The notes under the pieces are model-generated. The model had not been told where the DNA came from. It worked only from the letters and a program-made list of their open reading frames with translations, and made no database searches. From Candidatus Desantisbacteria bacterium CG1_02_49_89 (lineage in GTDB: Bacteria; Desantisbacteria; UBA1551), in contig MNUP01000143.1 in assembly GCA_001871075.1 (NCBI GenBank), positions 1-62,376 of the forward strand: a stretch of 62,376 nt of DNA, given 5' to 3'. The position numbers and the translations under genes were made by a program. This document shows positions 52,534 to 61,691 of the stretch, piece by piece; the first letter of the stretch is position 1; each line of letters begins with the position of its first letter.

Positions 52534-54738
52534 GTGTCCAAGATAATCGCATCGGCCGCGATAAGAGGCGCTTACAAACTGGTTGAAAAAGCTGAAAAAA
52601 AATATAGGGAAGCGGCCGGCAGGTTCGGCCCTAAAAAGGAAGTGGGATTTCCGAATACCGCCTACTATCTTCCGATCATATACGGAATAACCGGGATACC
52701 CGTGAAAACCGTCGCGGACATGGAAACCGTCCTGAAAGAGTGCCGCAGCCTGCTCCCGCCCTTCGTTAAAGAAGACCATCCCCTCCCCTATCTCGCCCCG
52801 GCATTAGACGCGGGAATGGCAGCGCTCTTCGCCGAGGAAATAATAGAAGCTGTCAGGTACCTCGAACAACCGGACTTCTACACGAAGGGAGAAGACCCGG
52901 CGGAAGGAAAGATCTGGCTTGGCGCCGCGGACGACGTAATAATGAGGAAGCGCGGAGTGGAATTCGTTGACGGCACGGCTCCCGGATTTGCGGCAATAGC
53001 GGGAGCCGCCCCTGACCCCAAAACAGCGGCAAAGATAGCGCAGGAACTGCAGGAAAAAAATCTCTACGTATTCATGTGCGCCGAGCACAACGGGAAAAGG
53101 TTTTCGGAACAGCTGGCAGAGGCAGGCGTGCAGGTGGGCTGGCCTACAAGGCTGGTGCCATTCGGGCCTGAAATCTCCGCTGCGGTCTTCGCGATAGGCT
53201 TCGCGACAAGGGCCGCAATGTCGTTCGGCGGGGTGAAACCCGGAGAATACAGGAAAATACTTATTTATAATAAGGACAGGATCTTCGCTTTCGTGCTGGC
53301 ACTTGGATATGTTTCCGAAGAGTGGTACGCGACCGCTGCCGGAGCCATCAACTGGGGTTTTCCCACTATAGCCGACACCCCTATCCCCCAGGTCCTTCCA
53401 ACCGGGATATGCACCTATGAACATGTCGTTTCAAACGTTCCCCTTGACCAGATAGTTGCCAAGGCGATAGAAGTAAGGGGCTTAAAAGTAACACAGGCGG
53501 AAGTTCCCATACCCGTGGCATACGGTCCCGCGTTTGAGGGAGAAAGGGTCAGGAAGGAAGACCTTTACGCGGAAGCCAGGGGCGGCGTGACAACCGTGTG
53601 CGAATGGGTCACTTCCGGGGCGATGGACGAAATTGAGGACGGAAAGATCGAAGTCATAGGCCCTGACCTGGACGCCATTCCCGCCGGCTCGCAGTTCAGC
53701 ATGGCAGTTGTCGCGGAGGTCGCGGGCAGGAAGATGCAGGAGGATTTTGAGCCCATACTGGAACGCCAGATCCACCATTTGACAAACTACGCCCAGGGAA
53801 TAATGCACATCGGCCAGAGGGACATCGCGTGGCTGCGCGTAGGAAAAGCAGCGAAGGAAAAAGGATTCATGCTGAAACACATAGGTTCCATCCTGCACGC
53901 CAAGTTCCACCAGGACTTCGGCAGGATATTCGACAAGGTCCAGGTAAAAATATACACCGACGAGAAAAAAGTAAAGGAGATCATCGGGCAGGCACGTGAA
54001 GTATACAAGAAAAGGGACGCGAGGATCGAGGGAATGACGGACGAAACAACGGAAGTGTATTATTCATGCACGCTCTGCCAGTCTTTCGCCCCTTCGCACG
54101 TGTGCATGGTAAGCCCCGAAAGGACCGGCCTTTGCGGCGCGTATAACTGGATGGACTGCAAGGCGTCCAACGAGATCAACCCGACCGGGCCCAACCAGCC
54201 GGTGGAAAAAGGCGAAACGCTGGACGCGAAGTTCGGGCAGTGGAAGGGCGTGAACGAATTCGTGCAGAAGGCTTCGAGGGGTAAAATAGACCACTACAAT
54301 TTTTACAGCGTTGTCAACGACCCGATGACGACCTGCGGCTGCTGCGAGTGCATCTGCGTGATCCTGCCGATGTGCAACGGGGTAATGACCGTGAACCGCG
54401 AGTTTGACGGCATGACGCCCTGCGGGATGAAATTCACGACTCTCGCGGGCACCATAGGCGGGGGCCTGCAGACAGCGGGCTTCGTGGGCCATTCAAAATA
54501 CAATATCTGCCAGAGGAAATTCATAACCGGGGACGGCGGCATAAAAAGGATCGTGTGGATGCCGAAAATGCTCAAGGAAGAAATAAGGGAAAGGCTTATA
54601 AAGCGCGGGGAGGAGGCCGGGATGCCGGACCTTATCGACAGGATCGCTGACGAAACCATAGGCACTACCGAGGAAGCGATACTTCCGTTCCTGCAGGAAA
54701 AAAAGCACCCCGCGCTTGAAATGGATGCTCTTATATAA
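52534..54738 (+). CDS. acsB: Acetyl-CoA synthase (CODH/ACS A-cluster subunit)
   Basis: 734-aa AcsB/CdhC family with the A-cluster region CTLCQSFAPSHVCMVSPERTGLCG ... CGCCECI. GTG start 5 nt after AAGGAG. Confidence 0.9.
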   Translation: MSKIIASAAIRGAYKLVEKAEKKYREAAGRFGPKKEVGFPNTAYYLPIIYGITGIPVKTVADMETVLKECRSLLPPFVKEDHPLPYLAPALDAGMAALFAEEIIEAVRYLEQPDFYTKGEDPAEGKIWLGAADDVIMRKRGVEFVDGTAPGFAAIAGAAPDPKTAAKIAQELQEKNLYVFMCAEHNGKRFSEQLAEAGVQVGWPTRLVPFGPEISAAVFAIGFATRAAMSFGGVKPGEYRKILIYNKDRIFAFVLALGYVSEEWYATAAGAINWGFPTIADTPIPQVLPTGICTYEHVVSNVPLDQIVAKAIEVRGLKVTQAEVPIPVAYGPAFEGERVRKEDLYAEARGGVTTVCEWVTSGAMDEIEDGKIEVIGPDLDAIPAGSQFSMAVVAEVAGRKMQEDFEPILERQIHHLTNYAQGIMHIGQRDIAWLRVGKAAKEKGFMLKHIGSILHAKFHQDFGRIFDKVQVKIYTDEKKVKEIIGQAREVYKKRDARIEGMTDETTEVYYSCTLCQSFAPSHVCMVSPERTGLCGAYNWMDCKASNEINPTGPNQPVEKGETLDAKFGQWKGVNEFVQKASRGKIDHYNFYSVVNDPMTTCGCCECICVILPMCNGVMTVNREFDGMTPCGMKFTTLAGTIGGGLQTAGFVGHSKYNICQRKFITGDGGIKRIVWMPKMLKEEIRERLIKRGEEAGMPDLIDRIADETIGTTEEAILPFLQEKKHPALEMDALI

Positions 54739-54742
54739 ATAA

Positions 54743-54882
54743 AATTATGAGTTATGAATTAACAACAAGGCTTTAAATCGTAACTCAGGGCTTTAGCCCT
54801 GACTCATAACTTTGCCCTTCGGGCAACATTCTCGTGTGGCTTGCTGAATGTTTTCGAATTCCATCATTCATAATTCATAATT
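54743..54882 (+). mobile_element. Full-length ATTATGA-arm MITE-like module between acsB and acsC
   Basis: Arms aattatgagttatgaatt (54743..) and attcataattcataatt (54866..54882) are near-complementary. The interior matches 18513..18641 and includes the 22-nt hairpin at 54780..54801. Confidence 0.7.
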
Positions 54883-54900
54883 AATCTTCGGAGGGAAACA

Positions 54901-56247
54901 ATGGCTTTGACAGGGATTGAAATTTTCAAGAAACTGCCCAAGACCAACTGCGGGAAATGCGGGGTTCCGACCTGCCTTGCTTTCGCGATGCAGCTGGCCG
55001 CGGGCAAGGCGGAACTCAGCGCCTGCCCGTTCGTGAGCGACGCGGTAAAAACCGAGCTTTCCGAGGCGTCAGCGCCGCCGATACGGCAGGTCGTTATAGG
55101 GACCGGGGACAGCGCCGTTAAAACCGGGGGCGAGACCGTGCTTTTCCGCCATGAAAAGACTTTCGTCAACCCCGCGGCTCTTGCTGTCCTTATTTCAGAT
55201 GAAATGAACGACGCGCAGGTTGAGGAAAGAATAAAAAAGTTCAGCGAACTTCGCTACGAAAGGGTCGGGCTGACCCTTAAACCGGACCTTATAGCCGTAA
55301 AAGACACGAAGGGAGATCCCGGGGCGTTCGCGGCCCTTGTAAGCAGGATCACGGGCAGAACAAATGCCGCCCTGATCCTGATGAGCCTGAAACCTGAAGT
55401 CATTTCCGCCGGAGTGAAAGCCTGCGCAGGCCAGAAACCCCTTATTTACGCCGCTACCGGGGATAACGCGGAAGCTATGGCAGGGATCGCGAAGGAAAAC
55501 TCCTGCCCTCTCGCTGTCCGCGGCAGGGACCTGGACGAAACTGCCGGGCTTACGCAGAAACTCGAAGCTGCGGGGATCAGGGATATGGTGATCGACCCCG
55601 GCTCAAGAAGCGCGAGGCAGGCCCTGGAGGATGAGGTCGCGGCAAGGCGCGCTCCCCTGCTGAATAAATTCCGCCCTCTCGGGTTCCCGACAATAACATT
55701 CCCCTGCGAGATGACGCAGGACCCGATGGAAGAAGCGCTTATCGCGTCAATCCTGATCGCGAAATACGCAGGCATAATAGTCCTTTCCGATCTGGCAGGC
55801 GAAAGCCTCTTTCCCCTGCTCGTCACAAGGCTCAATATATTCACAGACCCGCAAAGGCCGATGGCCACCAGGGAAGGTATTTACGAAATCGGCAAGCCCG
55901 GCGATAACTCCCCGGTCCTTGTCACGACCAATTTTTCGCTCACCTACTTCATAGTTTCCGGTGAGATCGAAACAAGCCGGGTCCCCTCCTGGCTCCTTGT
56001 CCAGGACGCTGAGGGACTTTCAGTGCTCACGGCCTGGGCCGCGGACAAGTTCGTCGCGGAGACCATCGCGGCGCTTGTGAAAAAAACCGGGATAGCGGAT
56101 AAAATAAAACATAAAAAGCTCGTGATACCCGGAGCGGTGGCGAGGATATCCGGGGAACTTGAGGAGGAACTGCCGGGATGGGAAATAATAATTGGGCCGC
56201 GCGAAGCGGCCCACATACCCGCGTTCCTGAGGCAGTGGAAAACATAA
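54901..56247 (+). CDS. acsC: Corrinoid iron-sulfur protein large subunit (CODH/ACS gamma)
   Basis: N-terminal [4Fe-4S] motif CGKCGVPTCLAFAMQLA. 448 aa. Confidence 0.9.
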   Translation: MALTGIEIFKKLPKTNCGKCGVPTCLAFAMQLAAGKAELSACPFVSDAVKTELSEASAPPIRQVVIGTGDSAVKTGGETVLFRHEKTFVNPAALAVLISDEMNDAQVEERIKKFSELRYERVGLTLKPDLIAVKDTKGDPGAFAALVSRITGRTNAALILMSLKPEVISAGVKACAGQKPLIYAATGDNAEAMAGIAKENSCPLAVRGRDLDETAGLTQKLEAAGIRDMVIDPGSRSARQALEDEVAARRAPLLNKFRPLGFPTITFPCEMTQDPMEEALIASILIAKYAGIIVLSDLAGESLFPLLVTRLNIFTDPQRPMATREGIYEIGKPGDNSPVLVTTNFSLTYFIVSGEIETSRVPSWLLVQDAEGLSVLTAWAADKFVAETIAALVKKTGIADKIKHKKLVIPGAVARISGELEEELPGWEIIIGPREAAHIPAFLRQWKT

Positions 56248-56252
56248 TTTCA

Positions 56253-57104
56253 ATGGAGAATAAAAAATTCCACAATCTTGCGGTGGTATTAAAAAAATAC
56301 TTAGCGTGGAATTCCTTTATAATTGTGGTAAAAGAATGCGCGACCTGGTGGTGGATGGTGCTGGAGTTCTGCGACGCTTTCCAGATGCTTAAAAATATGC
56401 AGGTATTGTTCAAGACCCGGAACGGAGCGAAGTATCTTGTAAAATTCCATTACATACACATCCCGACCATATATGAGATCTACATTATGGGTGTTTACAA
56501 CAGGGGCTTGCAAAATATTACGACCGGCGGGGTCGTAATAGACATCGGGGCGCATATAGGTATATTTTCCGCGCTTGCGGCAAAAACCGCGCGGAATGTC
56601 AGGGTTTACGCGTATGAACCGGCGCGGAACAATTACCGGACGCTTCTAAAGAATATGGAGTTGAGCGGCCTTTCATCAACCGTTACGGCGTATAACCTTG
56701 CGGTATACGGCAGAAAAGGGAAAGTGACGATCTTCAACGATCTAAGCACCGGACATTCCATCACGTTCAACCAGTACGGGAAATACTCGGAAGAGATTGA
56801 GGCTGTGACACTGGCGGACATTTTTGAAAGCAACGGAATTGCTGCCTGCGATCTTCTTAAGATCGACTGCGAGGGAGCTGAATTCGACATTTTGGGCGCG
56901 GCTGGAGCGGATACCTTCGGAAAGATCAAGAACATTATAATGGAATACCATATAACCGAGGAAGAGTTTTCGAAGGCAAAAGATAAAAAAATAATTGATC
57001 TGAAAAAAATGCTGGAGGGGTTCGGGTTCATTGCTGACATGGAAACACCTGTTCTTTTCTGGGGATTGTACGCCGGCCACCTCTACGCCCATAAAATGAT
57101 TTAA
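56253..57104 (+). CDS. FkbM family SAM-dependent methyltransferase
   Basis: VIDIGAHIGIFS (motif I) and LLKIDCEGAEFDILG, typical of FkbM. Start set to ATG 56253, 5 nt after the acsC stop. The gene is visibly more AT-rich than its neighbours. Confidence 0.75.
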   Translation: MENKKFHNLAVVLKKYLAWNSFIIVVKECATWWWMVLEFCDAFQMLKNMQVLFKTRNGAKYLVKFHYIHIPTIYEIYIMGVYNRGLQNITTGGVVIDIGAHIGIFSALAAKTARNVRVYAYEPARNNYRTLLKNMELSGLSSTVTAYNLAVYGRKGKVTIFNDLSTGHSITFNQYGKYSEEIEAVTLADIFESNGIAACDLLKIDCEGAEFDILGAAGADTFGKIKNIIMEYHITEEEFSKAKDKKIIDLKKMLEGFGFIADMETPVLFWGLYAGHLYAHKMI

Positions 57105-57105
57105 T

Positions 57106-57137
57106 CACCGTAATCTGTTTTTAAAATCACCGTAATC
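57106..57137 (+). promoter_or_regulatory. Two direct CACCGTAATC words upstream of the acsE SD
   Basis: caccgtaatc at 57106..57115 and 57128..57137 (22 bp apart). The first word abuts the FkbM stop codon. Confidence 0.5.
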
Positions 57138-57161
57138 ATATTTAAAAAAAGGAGAACGAAA

Positions 57162-58034
57162 ATGATCATAATAGGAGAAAACCTGAACGTTATGTCTTCG
57201 GTCCTTGGGCCGGCTATAAAGAACCGCGACGCAGGCCCTGTCACTGAAATGGCTCTGAAAGAAAAAAACGCGGGTGTTGATTACATAGACCTGAACATGG
57301 GCCCGGCAAGGAAACAGGGCCCTGAAACAATGGAATGGCTGGTTAAAACCGTCCAGGAAGCGGTGGACACCCCCCTTTTCCTCGACACGATGAACACCGA
57401 GGCGATAGAGGCGGGACTGAAAGCATGCAGGGGTGAAGCCGTCATCAATTCCATATCTCTTAAACCCGAGGTTATCAAAGCGCTGCTGCCGCTGGCATCG
57501 AAATACAACGCAGGTTTTGTGGGGCTCCTGCTCAGTTCTGACGGGATACCCAGGGACGCGAACGAAAGAGCCGCCCTGGCAGTTGAGCTTATGACAAAGG
57601 CCGCCGAGGCCGGCATTTCCCCTGAAAGGATATGGCTGGACCCCATAGTGCTGCCCGTGTCTTCCCAGCAGGACCAGGTCAAAGGATGCACGGGCTTCAT
57701 GGAAATATTCAGGGACATTGCGCCGGGATGCAGGTCCACCTGCGGGCTTTCCAACGTTTCAAACGGAGCCCCTCCGAAACTGCGCCCCATCCTTAACAGG
57801 ACATACCTTATGATCCTTGAGAAATACGGGATGTATTCCGCCATAGCGGATTCTTTCGACGGGGAACTGAACCGGATAGCGAATGGCAAAAGAAACGATG
57901 CCGGAAAGATCGTGCGGGAGATCATGGAAGGCAGGGAACCCTCCCCCGCGAACCAGGAGGAAACCGACTACGTAAAAACTGCAAAAGTGCTCCTGGGGCA
58001 GTCTCTTTACTCGCATTCCTGGCTTAAACTTTAA
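57162..58034 (+). CDS. acsE: Methyltetrahydrofolate:corrinoid/iron-sulfur protein methyltransferase
   Basis: 290-aa pterin-binding TIM-barrel (MIIIGENLN..., DYIDLNMGP, GLSNVSNG). Confidence 0.85.
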   Translation: MIIIGENLNVMSSVLGPAIKNRDAGPVTEMALKEKNAGVDYIDLNMGPARKQGPETMEWLVKTVQEAVDTPLFLDTMNTEAIEAGLKACRGEAVINSISLKPEVIKALLPLASKYNAGFVGLLLSSDGIPRDANERAALAVELMTKAAEAGISPERIWLDPIVLPVSSQQDQVKGCTGFMEIFRDIAPGCRSTCGLSNVSNGAPPKLRPILNRTYLMILEKYGMYSAIADSFDGELNRIANGKRNDAGKIVREIMEGREPSPANQEETDYVKTAKVLLGQSLYSHSWLKL

Positions 58035-58154
58035 ATATGATTTCAGCGATAAAAAATAGATTGCAGCGATAAAAAATTTCTTGGTATTCATCGCTGACAT
58101 CGGCAGTTGAAAATCGATGTAATCATCATTTAATCATATTCGACTGGAAGGAGA

Positions 58155-58754
58155 ATGGAAACATCGCTTGAAATAACGATAGAACAACTTAGAAAGATCG
58201 ACATCGCCGATGCGTGCCGCAAAAGCGGCGCGGACATGGCGGAAGATCCCAAGGGTGACAAGGTCATTACCCTGCCCTATCTCGGCGATGAATATCTGAT
58301 AAGCTTTCCCGGGAGCGAAATTACGCTCGGCGGCGCGAAAATAACGGACGCCGGCATAACGATAACGCTGCTGCATTATCTGATAACCAGCAAGGGAACT
58401 CCTTTGTCAGGCAGACTGATAGACTTTCGCCAGATCCCTGACGGCAATTTCTACTATCCGGCCTTTGAAACTATAGTCCATAAACCTTTTATCAAGGCCT
58501 TCGGCGCAGAACCGGGGAAATTTATCAGTAACGGCATATCGGCGGGCGGCTTGGATGCGGGGCTGAAAGACCTTTCATTGAAATTCATCGCCCTGCCACG
58601 CGTTCCCGTGACAACAGTCATTTACAAAGGCGACGGTGAATTCCCGCCTGATTGCAAATTCCTGTTTGACTCAAGCATCAAAGATTATCTCTCTACGGAA
58701 GCCGTAATGAAAGTATGCGAAAGACTGGTAAAAAAGCTCGGGGGTTCCGGATGA
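58155..58754 (+). CDS. Hypothetical protein, possibly DUF3786-like
   Basis: 199 aa with no catalytic motif recognised. It overlaps the RACo gene (ATGA). The family assignment is from memory only. Confidence 0.5.
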   Translation: METSLEITIEQLRKIDIADACRKSGADMAEDPKGDKVITLPYLGDEYLISFPGSEITLGGAKITDAGITITLLHYLITSKGTPLSGRLIDFRQIPDGNFYYPAFETIVHKPFIKAFGAEPGKFISNGISAGGLDAGLKDLSLKFIALPRVPVTTVIYKGDGEFPPDCKFLFDSSIKDYLSTEAVMKVCERLVKKLGGSG

Positions 58755-60472
58755 AAAATTTCGCCGTAACATTCTATCCGGACGGCAAAAAAATATCGGT
58801 GCCCGAAGGCACGAGCGCGCTCAAGGCTGCAGCCGCGTGCGGCATTTTTTTTCATTCGTCCTGCGGCGGCGAAGGGATATGCGGAAGATGCAGGATACTC
58901 ATAAGGAAAGGCAGCGTTCCACAGTCAGGGGCGGAAGGAAAGATCTCGGAAAAAGACCGCAAAAAAGGATACGTCCTTGCGTGCCGCGCGTCGATACTCA
59001 GCGACGCGGAGATAGAGATCCCCCCAGAATCCAGGCAGGCAAAAGAACAGATACTGACCGAGGAATACGGAAACATTTTCACCACTGAAGAAGCAATAAA
59101 GGAAAAGGACAGGCAGGCGGCATTTCCCCTGTCCCCTCTTGGGGTGGGACCCGGGGATGTGTCTGCCGGGAATTTCGGCATTGCCGCTGACATAGGAACC
59201 ACCTCCGTCGTAACAAAACTCGCTGACCTTTCCACCGGCGAAATCCTGGGCACGAAAGCCGCGCGCAACACCCAGGCAAGGCACGGAGATGATATAATCA
59301 CGCGTATTATCTTCGCCGAAAAAACCGAAGGCCTTGAAGAACTCCACCGCCTTATAATCGATAATTTAAACGGCCTTATATCCGCGCTTGCGGATGAAGC
59401 CGGGATCAAAACTGACGAGATCCGCGCGATCGTATGCGCGGGTAATACGACAATGCTCCACCTTCTCCTGAAGATCAATCCGGCGTATCTGAGGCGGGGA
59501 CCCTGCACTCCCGCAGCCGCATCTATGCCTCTGATAAGAGCATCGGAAACCGGGATCAGGATAAATCCCGGCGGGCTGCTCGCCTGCCTTCCCGGAGTGT
59601 CAAGCTACGTCGGCGCGGACATTGTCGCGGGGGTGCTGGCAAGCGGGATATACGAAGAAAATAATCCGTGCCTCCTCATAGATATGGGGACGAACGGCGA
59701 GATAGCGCTGGGCAGCAAGGAATGGCTTGCCTGCTGCGCGGCTTCCGCAGGCCCTGCCTTTGAGGGAAGCGGGGTGCGCTGCGGCGTGTGGGCTATGGAA
59801 GGCGCGATACAGAAGATCGAAATAAACCCGGTAAACGGCAAAATAAAGTACTCGACGATCGGGGGCGCGAAACCGATCGGCATCTGCGGTTCCGGTTACA
59901 TAGAATGCATCGCTGAAATGCTGAGGTCCGGCATTATAGACAGGTCAGGCAGGATAAAGGAACACGGCATACCCGGGAACGCCCCGACTGACATACGCAA
60001 AGGAACCGACGGCCTGGAGATGGTCCTTGTAAAAGCGAAAGAAAGCGCTTCGGGAAGCGATATAGTGATAACCCAGGCCGACATCACGAACCTGATCCTT
60101 TCAAAAGGCGCGATCTACACCGCGGCAAGCGTGCTGCTCAAAAAAACGAATTTGAAATTCAGCGAGGTCGAGAAAATCTACCTTGCCGGAGGGTTCGGCA
60201 GCTACCTCAGCATCGACAAATCGATCTGTATCGGACTGCTTCCGGACGTGCCGAGGGAAAAATTCAGGTATATCGGCAACAGCTCGCTCGCGGGAGCGAA
60301 ACTCTCCCTGCTGTCAGGCAGGGCGATGGAAGAAGCGGGCGCCATCGCTAAAAAAATGACCTACATAGAATTGAGCACCGAGCCGTCTTTTATGAACGAT
60401 TACACCGGCTCGCTGTTCCTGCCTCATACCGACCTGGACCTGTTCCCCACTTCATGCCTGCTGAAGAAATAA
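58751..60472 (+). CDS. Reductive activator of the corrinoid/Fe-S protein (RACo; 2Fe-2S + ASKHA ATPase)
   Basis: N-terminal plant-type ferredoxin (SSCGGEGICGRCRI), then an ASKHA fold (GIAADIGTTSV, DMGTNGE). Start at ATG 58751. Confidence 0.8.
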   Translation: MKNFAVTFYPDGKKISVPEGTSALKAAAACGIFFHSSCGGEGICGRCRILIRKGSVPQSGAEGKISEKDRKKGYVLACRASILSDAEIEIPPESRQAKEQILTEEYGNIFTTEEAIKEKDRQAAFPLSPLGVGPGDVSAGNFGIAADIGTTSVVTKLADLSTGEILGTKAARNTQARHGDDIITRIIFAEKTEGLEELHRLIIDNLNGLISALADEAGIKTDEIRAIVCAGNTTMLHLLLKINPAYLRRGPCTPAAASMPLIRASETGIRINPGGLLACLPGVSSYVGADIVAGVLASGIYEENNPCLLIDMGTNGEIALGSKEWLACCAASAGPAFEGSGVRCGVWAMEGAIQKIEINPVNGKIKYSTIGGAKPIGICGSGYIECIAEMLRSGIIDRSGRIKEHGIPGNAPTDIRKGTDGLEMVLVKAKESASGSDIVITQADITNLILSKGAIYTAASVLLKKTNLKFSEVEKIYLAGGFGSYLSIDKSICIGLLPDVPREKFRYIGNSSLAGAKLSLLSGRAMEEAGAIAKKMTYIELSTEPSFMNDYTGSLFLPHTDLDLFPTSCLLKK

Positions 60473-60483
60473 TCCCGTGTAAC

Positions 60484-60512
60484 TTGCATTTAATACGATT
60501 TTAGTATATAAT
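60484..60512 (+). promoter_or_regulatory. Sigma70-type promoter of yjbQ
   Basis: TTGCAT (60484..60489), 17-nt spacer, TATAAT (60507..60512), 22 nt before the ATG. Confidence 0.5.
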
Positions 60513-60533
60513 ATCTAATATAGTAGGTGCAAT

Positions 60534-60941
60534 ATGGGATTTCTGACAATAAAAGCAAATTCTCACAAAAAAGAAGAGATCGTCAAAATAACAGAAGCCG
60601 TCGCGCAAGAAGTCGGGAAAGCCGGCGTTGAAAACGGCGTTTGCATACTTTTTGTGCCGCACACTACCTGCGGGCTTATTATCAACGAGAACGCGGACCC
60701 GGCTGTACCCAGGGATATGATAATAGGGATCAATGCTTTTCTGCCCCACGATGCGATCAGCGAATTCCGCCACGTGGAGGGAAACTCCCCTGCCCATATC
60801 AAGACCAGCCTTGTGGGACAGTCCCAGATACTGCTGATCGAAAACGGGAACCTTGTGCTGGGCACCTGGCAGGGTATTTTCCTGGCTGAATTCGACGGGC
60901 CCAAAGAAAGAAAGATATTGATCAAGATAATAAAAGAATGA
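60534..60941 (+). CDS. yjbQ: YjbQ/UPF0047 family protein (secondary thiamine-phosphate synthase)
   Basis: 135 aa. The HTTCGLIINENADP and SPAHIKTSLVG motifs are typical of UPF0047. Confidence 0.75.
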   Translation: MGFLTIKANSHKKEEIVKITEAVAQEVGKAGVENGVCILFVPHTTCGLIINENADPAVPRDMIIGINAFLPHDAISEFRHVEGNSPAHIKTSLVGQSQILLIENGNLVLGTWQGIFLAEFDGPKERKILIKIIKE

Positions 60942-61054
60942 TTTTACAGGGAACCCTCCACCAAGATTGGCGGGCAGGCTTAAGAGAACTTAAGAGAACT
61001 TAAAAAAACCTTTTCCACGAAAACACGAAAGTATCACGAAAACACGAAACAAGA

Positions 61055-61178
61055 CTTTTTCACAGGGATTTAAAGAGATTTAAAAAGATTAGCCACGGAT
61101 TCACACGGATCATATTAACGTATGACGCTAGACGCACGACGGTAGTTTAAATCCCGCTCGAAGATCCCTGTAAAAATG
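61055..61178. mobile_element. MITE-like inverted pair of TTTTACAGGGAT units with a word-array interior
   Basis: ctttttcacagggatttaaagagatttaaaaag faces gtttaaatcccgctcgaagatccctgtaaaaatg. The interior has cacggat and cgtatgacg words. Confidence 0.6.
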
Positions 61179-61208
61179 TTTGTCTTATAATATGATTAAG
61201 GAGCTTGC

Positions 61209-61616
61209 ATGAATAAGATCATGGTGTCGGGAAATCTTGTCAGGGACGCGGAACTCAGGTACACGCCTAACGGCACGGCAGTGGCCGAATTCAGGATGGG
61301 CATCAGGGACGATCTGCTCAAGAAAAGGGAGAACCGCACGGTGTTTATAGACGTAGTCCTTTTCGGCCAGCGCGCCGAGGCTTTGCACAAGTACCTGATG
61401 AAAGGCAAATCGATGATGGTTGAAGGAAGGCTTGACATCAGGATCAACAAGAACCAGGACGGGCGGACCTTCACCAACATTCAGGTATACGCGAACAGCC
61501 TTGAATTCCTGGGCAAAAAAGACGAAGTAACTGAGCAGACAGAAGAAGCAACGGTTGAAGAATCCGTTCCCGAACCTGAAACCCACGAACAGCCGCCCGA
61601 GGACGCCCAACAATAA
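61209..61616 (+). CDS. ssb: Single-stranded DNA-binding protein
   Basis: OB-fold N-terminus (MNKIMVSGNLVRDAELRYTPNGTAVAEF) and an acidic C-terminal tail. AAGGAG SD. Confidence 0.85.
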   Translation: MNKIMVSGNLVRDAELRYTPNGTAVAEFRMGIRDDLLKKRENRTVFIDVVLFGQRAEALHKYLMKGKSMMVEGRLDIRINKNQDGRTFTNIQVYANSLEFLGKKDEVTEQTEEATVEESVPEPETHEQPPEDAQQ

Positions 61617-61691
61617 ATGCTTTGAACCACGGGTAAACACTGTTGTAACTCAAGGCTTTAGCCTTGATACAAATTTTCCAGGAGGCACAAG

